Origin: Flavobacteriales bacterium
Lineage (GTDB): Bacteria; Bacteroidota; Bacteroidia; Flavobacteriales; UBA7312
Assembly: GCA_037625715.1 (NCBI GenBank)
Contig: JASJHQ010000043.1
Coordinates: 4,604 to 68,603 of the forward strand
Length of the DNA: 64,000 bases
Direction of reading: 5' to 3'
Shown here: positions 53,450-61,942 of the stretch, one piece after another
How the letters are laid out: each line of letters starts with the position of its first letter
Position numbering within the stretch: position 1 is the stretch's first letter
The notes under the pieces: generated by a model
Database searches by the model: none
What the model was told of the DNA's origin: nothing
The model's input: only the letters and a program-made list of their open reading frames with translations
Position numbers and translations under genes: made by a program

Positions 53450-53478
53450 AAAAAAGCAGCTCAAATGAGCTGCTTTTT
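53450..53478. repeat. tRNA-Leu terminator/direct repeat, CTCAAATGAG family copy 4 (right boundary of cargo)
   Basis: AAAAAAGCAGCTCAAATGAGCTGCTTTTT, perfect stem, 2 nt from the tRNA 3' end. Confidence 0.88.
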
Positions 53479-53480
53479 CG

Positions 53481-53562
53481 TGCGGATGAAGGGAGTCGAA
53501 CCCCCACGCCGTGAGGCACAAGATCCTAAGTCTAGCATGTCTACCAATTCCATCACATCCGC
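53481..53562 (-). tRNA. tRNA-Leu(TAG)
   Basis: GCGGATGTGATGGAATTGGTAGACATGCTAGACT-TAG-GATCTTGTGCCTCACGGCGTGGGGGTTCGACTCCCTTCATCCGCA. Confidence 0.95.
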
Positions 53563-53575
53563 AAATTTAGGTCTG

Positions 53576-53583
53576 CAAATATA
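53576..53583 (-). promoter_or_regulatory. -7 promoter element of tRNA-Leu
   Basis: TATATTTG 13 nt upstream of the tRNA 5' end. Confidence 0.65.
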
Positions 53584-53696
53584 TATATTTTTATGTAGCA
53601 AGAAAGTATCTCAAAAAAATATTTTAAATAGAATAAAATGATGTGGAATGTCAGTCAAAATACTATTTTTGTTAAATAACGCACTTGACAATTAAT

Positions 53697-54602
53697 ATGC
53701 TACACATTAAACCAAAAGACCTAGCGGTTGCAGAGTTCCACTCCTATCTTTTAAGTTCGGTAGGCCCAAGACCTATTGCTTTAGCTAGTACCTTGGATGG
53801 AAACGGAATTCCAAACCTTAGTCCGTTTAGCTTTTTTAATGTTTTTAGCGCAAACCCTCCGATTGCTATTTTCTCTCCAGCAAGAAGAGTTAGAAACAAC
53901 ACTACTAAGCATACTTTAGAAAACGTATTACTTAATAAAGAAGTAGTAATTAATGTCGTTTCTCAAGATATCGTTCAGCAAACTTCTCTTTCTAGCACAG
54001 AATATGAAGAAGGTGTAAACGAATTTACCAAGGCAGGATTTACTCCTTTAGCTTCAGAAACAGTAGCTCCATTTAGAGTGAAAGAATCGCCAGTTCAGAT
54101 GGAGTGCGTAGTAAACGACGTAATCTCATTAGGGGAAGAAGGTGGAGCAGGAAATCTAGTTATTTGCGAAATAAAAATGATTCATATCAGTGAAGACATT
54201 TTAGATGAGAATGGTGTTATCGATCCTAACAAAATTAAATTGGTAGGTCGAATGGGAGGAAACTGGTACTGCAAGACTACTAACGAGTCTATATTCGAAG
54301 TAGTTAAGCCTATTAGAAACTTAGGAATTGGAATTGATAAAATTCCACAAAGAATACGAAACAGCTACATTTTAAGCGGAAACGATTTAGGAATGTTAGG
54401 AAACATAGAATCTCTACCATCATTGGAAGAAGTGGAGAAATATAGAAAAGATAATTATACCATTAACGAGATTTTGAATTTTAGCAGCGAAGACGAAGAA
54501 GCAAGAGAAGGCCTTCATCATCGTGCTAAAGAATTATTAAGCCAGGGCAAAATTGAAAGCGCCTGGAAAACATTATTGATTGATAAAATAAATAGATTAT
54601 GA
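53697..54602 (+). CDS. Flavin reductase (DIM6/NTAB) family protein (ATG 53697; TTG 53685 alternative)
   Basis: PRPIALAST, NLSPFSFFN, K.TL.N, ESPVQMEC, RMGGNWY. Confidence 0.9.
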   Translation: MLHIKPKDLAVAEFHSYLLSSVGPRPIALASTLDGNGIPNLSPFSFFNVFSANPPIAIFSPARRVRNNTTKHTLENVLLNKEVVINVVSQDIVQQTSLSSTEYEEGVNEFTKAGFTPLASETVAPFRVKESPVQMECVVNDVISLGEEGGAGNLVICEIKMIHISEDILDENGVIDPNKIKLVGRMGGNWYCKTTNESIFEVVKPIRNLGIGIDKIPQRIRNSYILSGNDLGMLGNIESLPSLEEVEKYRKDNYTINEILNFSSEDEEAREGLHHRAKELLSQGKIESAWKTLLIDKINRL

Positions 54603-54958
54603 GTTTAGCAGTAAGTGGAAAATTAGTAAAATTACTAGACCTAGAAACAGGAACTAGTAAAGCAGGAAAAGAATGGAAAAAACAATCGTTTGTGATTGAC
54701 ACAGGCGCTCAGTACAACCCTGAGGTTTGTTTTCAACTTTTTGGAGAAGACAAAATTGTAATGTTAGATGGCCTTCAGCCAGGAACAGAAATTGAAGTTG
54801 CTTTCAACCTTTCCTCTAGAGAGTACAATGGTAAATACTACCACAACATTGACGCATGGAAAATAAATCGTTCTGCAGCAGCTGTAGTTGATGCTCCAAT
54901 GCCAACCGAATCGTTTGAGAGCACACCAGGCTCTGATGAAGACGATTTACCATTCTAA
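54599..54958 (+). CDS. DUF3127 protein (SSB-like OB fold with acidic tail)
   Basis: G.SKAG.EWKKQ.FV, F.L.SREYNG.YY..I.AWKI, C-terminal EDDLPF. Confidence 0.9.
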   Translation: MSLAVSGKLVKLLDLETGTSKAGKEWKKQSFVIDTGAQYNPEVCFQLFGEDKIVMLDGLQPGTEIEVAFNLSSREYNGKYYHNIDAWKINRSAAAVVDAPMPTESFESTPGSDEDDLPF

Positions 54959-56296
54959 ATGTCTGATTGGCTAGCTAAAATTTTTAGAAAGTTTTTACCC
55001 GCTCCATTTACTATTGCAGTAATTTTAACGGTATTTACTTTTATACTAGCTTATTTTTTTAATACCAATACGGAAGAGAAGCCAATAGCTTCTCTTCTTT
55101 TGTTCTGGGAAAAAGGCTTGTGGGACAAAAACCTTCTTGTGTTCGCATTTCAGATGATGCTAATGCTAGTTTTAGGGCATGTGGTCGCTCTTTCCCAAAC
55201 AGTAAACACGATCATTGAAAAAATGTCGACCCTTTTTACTAATACAGCTCAAGCCGCTGCATTGGTTACCATCCTAACACTTTTAGTTAGTTTATTCAAT
55301 TGGGGTTTAGGACTAATTTTTGGAGCTATACTGGCTCGAAAAGTGGGCGAATACGCTACAAAAAACAATATAAAATTACACTACCCTATTATTGGTGCGG
55401 CTGGCTATTCAGGACTAATGGTATGGCACGGAGGAATCTCGGGCTCTGCTCCTATTAAAATAGCAGAGCAAGGACATTTTATGCAAGATAAAATAGGAGT
55501 CATCAGTCAGGACGCTACTATTTTTTCTTCTATGAACTTAAGCGTTAGCCTTGTACTTTTAATTGTACTTCCTATGCTAATGTATTTTCTTGGCAAGAAA
55601 AGCAAAGGCCAAAAGATGGAATTAAAATCATCTGAAATACATACTGAAAAGCAGGATTTAATTGGAGCTGAAAAACTAGATCATTCTAACTATATAGGCA
55701 TAGGATTTGGAGCTATAATAATCCTCTTTTGTTTATATAAAGCTTTGGTTTTACCAGAACAGTTAAGCCTTTCGTTTATCACCCCTAATTACATCAATCT
55801 ATTTTTACTAGGATTAGCTATTGTTCTTCACAGAAACTTTAATCAGTTTTTAAATGGGGTAGCCAAAGCAATAAACGGCTCATCAGGCATATTAATTCAG
55901 TTTCCTCTTTATTTCGGAATAATGGGACTTATGAAATACTCGGGAATGGTTACTGTTTTTTCCGATTTCTTTGTTCAGATATCGAACAGCACTACCTTTC
56001 CTATTTTCACTTTTATAAGTGCTGGTATTGTAAACATCTTTGTTCCTAGTGGCGGAGGTCAATGGGCAGTGCAAGGACCAATCATTATTGAAGCGGCAAC
56101 CCAACTAGGTGTTCCGTATTGGAAAGCTATTATGGCCTTAGCCTATGGCGACCAGACAACCAATATGCTGCAACCATTCTGGGCATTGCCACTACTTGGA
56201 ATAACCGGATTAAAAGCCAAAGAAATTTTACCTTACACACTTATCTTAATGATTGCCGGATCGGCTATATTTATTACAGGACTTCTAGTCTTTTAG
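54959..56296 (+). CDS. atoE: Short-chain fatty acid transporter (AtoE/TIGR00366)
   Basis: FAFQM.L.LV.G, NWG.GL, QFPLYFGIMG, VPSGGGQWAVQGP, AYGD..TNM.QPFWALP. Confidence 0.9.
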   Translation: MSDWLAKIFRKFLPAPFTIAVILTVFTFILAYFFNTNTEEKPIASLLLFWEKGLWDKNLLVFAFQMMLMLVLGHVVALSQTVNTIIEKMSTLFTNTAQAAALVTILTLLVSLFNWGLGLIFGAILARKVGEYATKNNIKLHYPIIGAAGYSGLMVWHGGISGSAPIKIAEQGHFMQDKIGVISQDATIFSSMNLSVSLVLLIVLPMLMYFLGKKSKGQKMELKSSEIHTEKQDLIGAEKLDHSNYIGIGFGAIIILFCLYKALVLPEQLSLSFITPNYINLFLLGLAIVLHRNFNQFLNGVAKAINGSSGILIQFPLYFGIMGLMKYSGMVTVFSDFFVQISNSTTFPIFTFISAGIVNIFVPSGGGQWAVQGPIIIEAATQLGVPYWKAIMALAYGDQTTNMLQPFWALPLLGITGLKAKEILPYTLILMIAGSAIFITGLLVF

Positions 56297-57339
56297 CTTT
56301 TAACATCGAAAGCATCACGAATAGCATTACCCAACAACATAAAAGACAACACTAAAAACAGGATGGCTAAACCAGGGAAAATAGCCAAGTACCCTTTACC
56401 CATTATAATATAAGAATAGTGGTCTTTTATCATAGTTCCCCAAGATGGAATAGGTGGCTGTGCCCCAATTCCTAAAAAACTTAAGCCAGCTTCTATCAGA
56501 ATAGCAGAAGCAAAATTTGCAGCCGAAATAACAATAACAGGAGCTATAACATTTGGCAATACGTGTTTGGTTAGTATTCGAAAAGTGTTAAAACCAAGCA
56601 CTTTACTAGCTTCGATATATTCTTCCTTTCTAACAGACATAACACTCCCTCTAACGATACGAGCTACTTCGACCCACATAGTTAGTCCGACCGCTACAAA
56701 AACTTGCCAGAATCCTTTTCCTAAAGCTAAAGAAATTGCGATAACCATTAACAAAGTCGGAATAGACCATACTACATTAACCAACCACATAACTACAGCA
56801 TCAACAGTTCCTCCAAAATAACCAGAAACTAAACCTAAACTTATTCCAATTATGAGAGAGATAATAACAGAAATAAAACCTACCGCTAAAGAAACTCTAG
56901 AACCATAAAGTATTCTACTTAAATAATCTCTTCCGAACCTATCAGTACCAAGCAAATAAGTGCGGACTTCAATTGTGTGCTTACCATCCGTTTCTATCCA
57001 CTGATCAGAATTATAAAGAGGTAAGTAATAATGGCGTCCGTCTTCAGATTTAAAATCAGAGACAGGAACTTCGGTAAAAGAAGACTCTTGACCGACAAAA
57101 AAATCATAGAAAAAAGTAGACGTTTTCTCAAGATTAGGAACGAGCATTATCTTAACAGACTCGTTAGGAGAAAGAGTGGCTAACTCAATATTCATTTGAT
57201 TAGCATTGGGTGAAGAATCCGGAAAAAAAGAAACCCCAAATAAAGAAATCAAAAAAGTAATAGCAATAATAGAAAATCCGAAAAGCCCTAGCTTATCTTT
57301 CTTAAATTTTCGCAATGCAATATTAGTTAAACTACTCAT
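56293..57339 (-). CDS. Orphan DppC/OppC-type ABC permease
   Basis: LGTDRFGRD..SR..YG.R.SL, EAA-like loop EYIEASKVLG, HVLPN, EAGLSFLG. Confidence 0.9.
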   Translation of the reverse strand: MSSLTNIALRKFKKDKLGLFGFSIIAITFLISLFGVSFFPDSSPNANQMNIELATLSPNESVKIMLVPNLEKTSTFFYDFFVGQESSFTEVPVSDFKSEDGRHYYLPLYNSDQWIETDGKHTIEVRTYLLGTDRFGRDYLSRILYGSRVSLAVGFISVIISLIIGISLGLVSGYFGGTVDAVVMWLVNVVWSIPTLLMVIAISLALGKGFWQVFVAVGLTMWVEVARIVRGSVMSVRKEEYIEASKVLGFNTFRILTKHVLPNVIAPVIVISAANFASAILIEAGLSFLGIGAQPPIPSWGTMIKDHYSYIIMGKGYLAIFPGLAILFLVLSFMLLGNAIRDAFDVKS

Positions 57340-58400
57340 TTTTTTAAAATTCTACCTTTCCAACTATAGTTTTTAAACTGGGAAACAATTGCAATATAAA
57401 CGATATAAAAAGGGTAAACCAATTGAAGAGATAAAAAATATAATCTCCACCTTTTAATATCAAAAAAGTGTGCTAGCTTTTTAATAAATGAAAAGTCGGC
57501 TAAAAATTTAATGGCAAGAAGTACAAATGCCAATCGAAATTCCAATAAAAAAAAAGAAAGCAAAATAGAAAGGTTTGCACCAAAAACTAATAAGCTTATC
57601 ACAATAGCATCAAAATCAGTATAAGAAGTGCTTTTGGCAGACCAGCGTAATCGCTGATTAATAAAAGAAGAAACGTTATGTTTCACCGGAGTAGATACAA
57701 TAGCAGAAGAATTCTTCAGAAAGAAAATTTTTCCTTTATTACGTTTTATTTCATGCATCAAAAAAACATCGTCTCCAGAAGCAATTTCAGAATTAGTAGA
57801 TTGGAAATCATCTTTACGAAAAGCTAAGTTTGCTCCATTACACATAAAAGGCCTATTAATAGCAATGGCTCCAGCTCCAGAACCTATTAGACTAGCAAAC
57901 TCTATAATCTGTAAATGACCAAAAAAGGAATCGAAATTATTAGTTAAAACCACAGGGCCAACTACCATTTTGATAGCCTTATCATTAAATGGCGAAACCA
58001 TAGAAGAAATCCAATCTGTTTTTAAGACACAATCTGCATCAGTACATAAAATTATAGAGCCGCTTGCAATTCTTACACCATAATTTATAGCTGCTTTCTT
58101 TCCTTGTCCCTCAGAATGCAATAAAACTATTCCATTTAAAGACTCTAGCATCTCAAAACTTCCATCATCAGAATGATCGTCAACCAAAATAATTTCAAGC
58201 TCAATATTATTAGTATTCTGACTTAATAGTTGCTCACATAATGATTTAATAGTTTCCTTTTCATTTCTGAAAGCTACAATAACAGAAACTTTAACACTAG
58301 AAATTTCTTTTCGATTTGGTATATTATCCCAACCAAACTCTAATCGTTTAACTAAAACAAAATAACCTATTAAAAAACCTAAAGAAAGTAAGTAAATCAA
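57336..58400 (-). CDS. GT2 membrane glycosyltransferase
   Basis: RNE, DDHSDD, GKK.A, TDADC, SGDD, QRLRW. Confidence 0.9.
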   Translation of the reverse strand: MIYLLSLGFLIGYFVLVKRLEFGWDNIPNRKEISSVKVSVIVAFRNEKETIKSLCEQLLSQNTNNIELEIILVDDHSDDGSFEMLESLNGIVLLHSEGQGKKAAINYGVRIASGSIILCTDADCVLKTDWISSMVSPFNDKAIKMVVGPVVLTNNFDSFFGHLQIIEFASLIGSGAGAIAINRPFMCNGANLAFRKDDFQSTNSEIASGDDVFLMHEIKRNKGKIFFLKNSSAIVSTPVKHNVSSFINQRLRWSAKSTSYTDFDAIVISLLVFGANLSILLSFFLLEFRLAFVLLAIKFLADFSFIKKLAHFFDIKRWRLYFLSLQLVYPFYIVYIAIVSQFKNYSWKGRILKK

Positions 58401-59368
58401 GACCTAAAAAATTTAAGGTTAAAGACAAAAAATACTCCAATAATAGCTGGCAAAACTAAATTTATAGCCCAAAGAGATGATGCAGCCATGGTTATGCCTA
58501 TTAAATTATCGGAAAGCAATCCGAAAAATAAAACTGCAACAGAACCTCTAGCAAATAATTCGGTAATTGCAATTGTCGGAATTATAGACATAGTTAAAAA
58601 AGTGAGGGCACTCATAGTGGCAGAAGAAATAAATGAAATTTCTACATCAAAAAATTGCAACAACAAATAAAATTGAAATGTAAAGATGGAATACCTTAAT
58701 ATGCTAAAAAACAAAATATACAAAAGCTCTTTCCTAGAGTAATAGGAGAACACTTCAAGATAGTCGATATACTTCTTTAGAAAAGAAATCTTATTTAAAA
58801 TGACAGTCAAATAAGACGCATTTAAATACATGAAAATCGAAGCAAACAACAAAACAATATTGAAAACTAACAAAAACCATCGAATAGAACTAAAATCAAA
58901 ACCAGATAAAATATCAAATGCGAACAAATAATAACACAAAGCTAAAGAACCAAAAAGAACGGTTGCCAATAACTGAGACAAATTACCTAAGACGGTTGAA
59001 ATAACGGCTTTAATTCTGTCTGCTTTAGTAAGGCAAAAAATACGACCGCCAAACTCTCCAATTCTGTTAGGAGTAAAAATCGAAACTGTTATACCTAAGA
59101 AAATTGCTTTAACGGATAACCACACAGAAACCCTTTCGAGCTTACTTATAAGATATTTCCACTTAAGAGATTCTACAAACCAATTAAGCAACATAAGGAA
59201 TAACACTCCAAATAAAGGAATTGGACTTTTAGATTTTAAAGTATCAACAAACCATTTAGAAAGATCATTGAAGGTTTGATCGACAAATACTTTTTGATAT
59301 AAAAACCAGAATGTCAATAAGATAATAAGGAGCTTAATTAAAAAGCCTATTTTTTTACTACTTTGCAT
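58397..59368 (-). CDS. Lysylphosphatidylglycerol-synthase TM/flippase-like membrane protein
   Basis: NW..E..KW, TPNRIGE.GGR, multiple TMs; start probably MQSSKK. Confidence 0.8.
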   Translation of the reverse strand: MQSSKKIGFLIKLLIILLTFWFLYQKVFVDQTFNDLSKWFVDTLKSKSPIPLFGVLFLMLLNWFVESLKWKYLISKLERVSVWLSVKAIFLGITVSIFTPNRIGEFGGRIFCLTKADRIKAVISTVLGNLSQLLATVLFGSLALCYYLFAFDILSGFDFSSIRWFLLVFNIVLLFASIFMYLNASYLTVILNKISFLKKYIDYLEVFSYYSRKELLYILFFSILRYSIFTFQFYLLLQFFDVEISFISSATMSALTFLTMSIIPTIAITELFARGSVAVLFFGLLSDNLIGITMAASSLWAINLVLPAIIGVFFVFNLKFFRS

Positions 59369-59389
59369 GCACAGCAAAAATACAAAATA

Positions 59390-59950
59390 TTGACTCCGAA
59401 ATCTGACAGAATAATTTTAGGAATTGACCCAGGAACTAACATAATGGGTTATGGTCTTATTCTTATAAAAGGGAATAAAATGAGCTTAATAAACATGGGC
59501 GTAATACACCTTAATAAGCTAAATAGCCATGCTGATAAACTTAAAAGAATTTTTGAAAGAACTATTCAATTAATTGATGAGTATCATCCAGACGAAATGT
59601 CTTTAGAAGCACCATTTTTTGGCAAAAACGTTCAGTCAATGCTAAAGCTAGGAAGAGCCCAAGGAGTAGCAATGGCAGCAGGGCTATATAGAGACATTCC
59701 TATTTTCGAATACGCTCCTAAAAAGATTAAAATGGCTATTACTGGAAGCGGTACTGCATCAAAAGAGCAGGTAGCAAGCATGCTAAAAACTCTAGTAAAC
59801 GTTAAAGAAATGCCAAAACATTTAGACGCAAGTGATGGATTAGCTGCGGCAGTCTGCCATTACTTTCAAAATGGCAAAACAGAAACATCGGGAAAAAGTT
59901 ATAGTGGATGGGATTCGTTCGTAAAAAACAACCCCGGAAGAAAAGCTTAA
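59390..59950 (+). CDS. ruvC: Holliday junction resolvase RuvC (TTG start inferred; ORF track starts at 59363)
   Basis: ILGIDPG, E.PF, LGRAQG, G.ASKEQV, DASD.LA.A.CH. Confidence 0.96.
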   Translation: MTPKSDRIILGIDPGTNIMGYGLILIKGNKMSLINMGVIHLNKLNSHADKLKRIFERTIQLIDEYHPDEMSLEAPFFGKNVQSMLKLGRAQGVAMAAGLYRDIPIFEYAPKKIKMAITGSGTASKEQVASMLKTLVNVKEMPKHLDASDGLAAAVCHYFQNGKTETSGKSYSGWDSFVKNNPGRKA

Positions 59951-60339
59951 ATATTTGAAGCTATTGTATCTGCTATTTCTTCGAACTCTTGTTTGGAAAA
60001 GCTCATTTTGGGTTTAGAAAAATTCATATCCTCCAAACTATTTATAGGTAATAAATGAATATGAGCGTGAGCAACTTCAAGGCCAATCACAGAAATTCCA
60101 ATTCGTTCACAGCTTACAGATAGCTTTAAGGCTTTAGAAATCTTTTTAGCAAACTGCCACATACGAGCATAAGACTGATCTTCAATATCGAAAATGTAAT
60201 CGGTTTCTTTCTTAGGAATAACTAAAACGTGGCCTTTAGAAACAGGGAAAGCATCTAGAAAAGCAAGAAATTCATCATCTTCATATACTTTATAACAGGG
60301 TATTTCACCATTTACAATTTTAGAAAAGATGGTTGCCAT
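59947..60339 (-). CDS. HIT family protein
   Basis: [24 protein letters not shown] triad. Confidence 0.95.
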   Translation of the reverse strand: MATIFSKIVNGEIPCYKVYEDDEFLAFLDAFPVSKGHVLVIPKKETDYIFDIEDQSYARMWQFAKKISKALKLSVSCERIGISVIGLEVAHAHIHLLPINSLEDMNFSKPKMSFSKQEFEEIADTIASNI

Positions 60340-60340
60340 A

Positions 60341-60814
60341 TTATCTACTAATGTCTACTACCTCAAACTTCATTAGTCCGTTAGGAACTTGAATTTCGGC
60401 AACTCCACCTACTTTCAAGCCAAGTAAGCCTTTAGCAATAGGGGAACTAACAGATATTTTTTTAGACTTAAAATCTGCTTCGCTTTCTGGAACAATATTA
60501 TAAGTCATTTTAGTTCCGTTAGCTACGTTTTTAATAGTAACAACTGACATGATTAGAACTTTAGAATGGTCAATCTGTGATTCGTCTAAAACCCTGGCTT
60601 TAGCAAATTCACTCTCCATCTTAGCAATTCTAGCTTCTAATAGCCCTTGCGCTTCCTTAGCAGCATCATACTCGGCGTTTTCTGATAAATCACCCTTGTC
60701 TCTAGCCTCAGAAATTTGTTTAGCTACGCTAGACCTTTCTGCTGTTTTAAGATTATATAACTCGGATTTTAATTTCTCTAATCCTTCTTCTGTATAATAT
60801 ACTACGTCTGACAT
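60341..60814 (-). CDS. greA: Transcription elongation factor GreA
   Basis: GDLSENAEYDAAK, SPIAKGL. Confidence 0.98.
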   Translation of the reverse strand: MSDVVYYTEEGLEKLKSELYNLKTAERSSVAKQISEARDKGDLSENAEYDAAKEAQGLLEARIAKMESEFAKARVLDESQIDHSKVLIMSVVTIKNVANGTKMTYNIVPESEADFKSKKISVSSPIAKGLLGLKVGGVAEIQVPNGLMKFEVVDISR

Positions 60815-60834
60815 AGTTCAATGTTTTAAAAATC

Positions 60835-60865
60835 AAAAGAGAAGACCTCAGAAAGGACTTCTCTT
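60835..60865 (-). terminator. Terminator after the PorV-family gene
   Basis: AAGAGAAG.CCT...AGG.CTTCTCTT stem with a T-run on the minus strand. Confidence 0.65.
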
Positions 60866-60887
60866 ATAATTGAATAATATTTTTGTT

Positions 60888-61922
60888 TTACAAGTCTATT
60901 CTAAATCCTATGGAATGTAATAAACCAAATGAATCTGACTGACGGAAAGAGTAATCTACTCCGAAATCTGTACCCTCACTTAAAGGAAGATTTACCGAAA
61001 AACCAGCCGATGGTCCGCTGATAGCAGTACTATTTTCATCAGCACCTGATTCTAAATTATATCCACCTCTTAAAGTTACTAATTCTCTAAAAGAATACTC
61101 CAAACCTAATCTGTACTGGTCGTTCTTAAAAGAATTAGAGGTAAAAGTAACAGCTGTAGTCAACCTATGATCATCTGGCAAAACTGGTGCCAAATCGTAA
61201 GACAAACCTATATTTAATAAAGAAGGTAATTCGAAATTATCAGATCGCTGATTAAGCGTCATAGTATATTCTTCATCAGGAGCAATACCTCTAAAAGATA
61301 AACCATCACCATTAAAAACCATTGTTGGACCAACATTTTTTAAAGCAATACCAAACTTAACATGATTTTCGCTACCAGTTACATATTGAATACCTGCATC
61401 TAAAGCGATTCCACTTGCAGTTACATCTGTAGTTCCTTCCACTATAGCTTTTACAGCGAAACCACCATAAATACTATTTGAAAAAGTTTTAGCATATCCA
61501 AGGTTAAGGTTAGTAGCAGAAATAGTATAAGTACCAATTCCTCCATCAGGCAATAATTCAGTTGTTCTGTCAATATCAGCAATTGATATAGATGTAATTG
61601 CTAATGCTAAAACAGATGATTCACTCATTCTCTGAGCAAAACCAAAAGAATTAATCGGAATATCCGCAATCCATGAAGTTCTAGCAAATATCAGTTCTGT
61701 TTTATCTACAAAAGCTAAACCAGCAACATTGCCATACAATGATTCTAGGCCCATTACAGACGCAGAGTTAGCTCCTCCCCAACCAGATGATTTAACCCAA
61801 GGGTTAATTAAAAGTTGATCAGCACCAGCAGATCCAACCCGATCAGGATTTCCTGCTGAAAGATTACTCACACTGGCTAGTCCAATTAGAAAAACCGCTA
61901 AGCATTTTAGTGATTGTCTCAT
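60888..61922 (-). CDS. PorV/PorQ-family outer-membrane beta-barrel
   Basis: GNPDR.G.AGA.QLLINPW, N.AGLA, K...G..L.N.G, LP..L..G, LRGGY, terminal beta-strand. Confidence 0.82.
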   Translation of the reverse strand: MRQSLKCLAVFLIGLASVSNLSAGNPDRVGSAGADQLLINPWVKSSGWGGANSASVMGLESLYGNVAGLAFVDKTELIFARTSWIADIPINSFGFAQRMSESSVLALAITSISIADIDRTTELLPDGGIGTYTISATNLNLGYAKTFSNSIYGGFAVKAIVEGTTDVTASGIALDAGIQYVTGSENHVKFGIALKNVGPTMVFNGDGLSFRGIAPDEEYTMTLNQRSDNFELPSLLNIGLSYDLAPVLPDDHRLTTAVTFTSNSFKNDQYRLGLEYSFRELVTLRGGYNLESGADENSTAISGPSAGFSVNLPLSEGTDFGVDYSFRQSDSFGLLHSIGFRIDL

Positions 61923-61942
61923 GTTAATTTAAATATATAATA

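Noticed and set aside
53481-53562. U-U mismatches in the tRNA-Leu anticodon stem and the tRNA-Thr(TGT) T-stem as signs of pseudo-tRNAs
   Set aside because: Single mismatches are tolerated; the other conserved elements, promoter and context are intact
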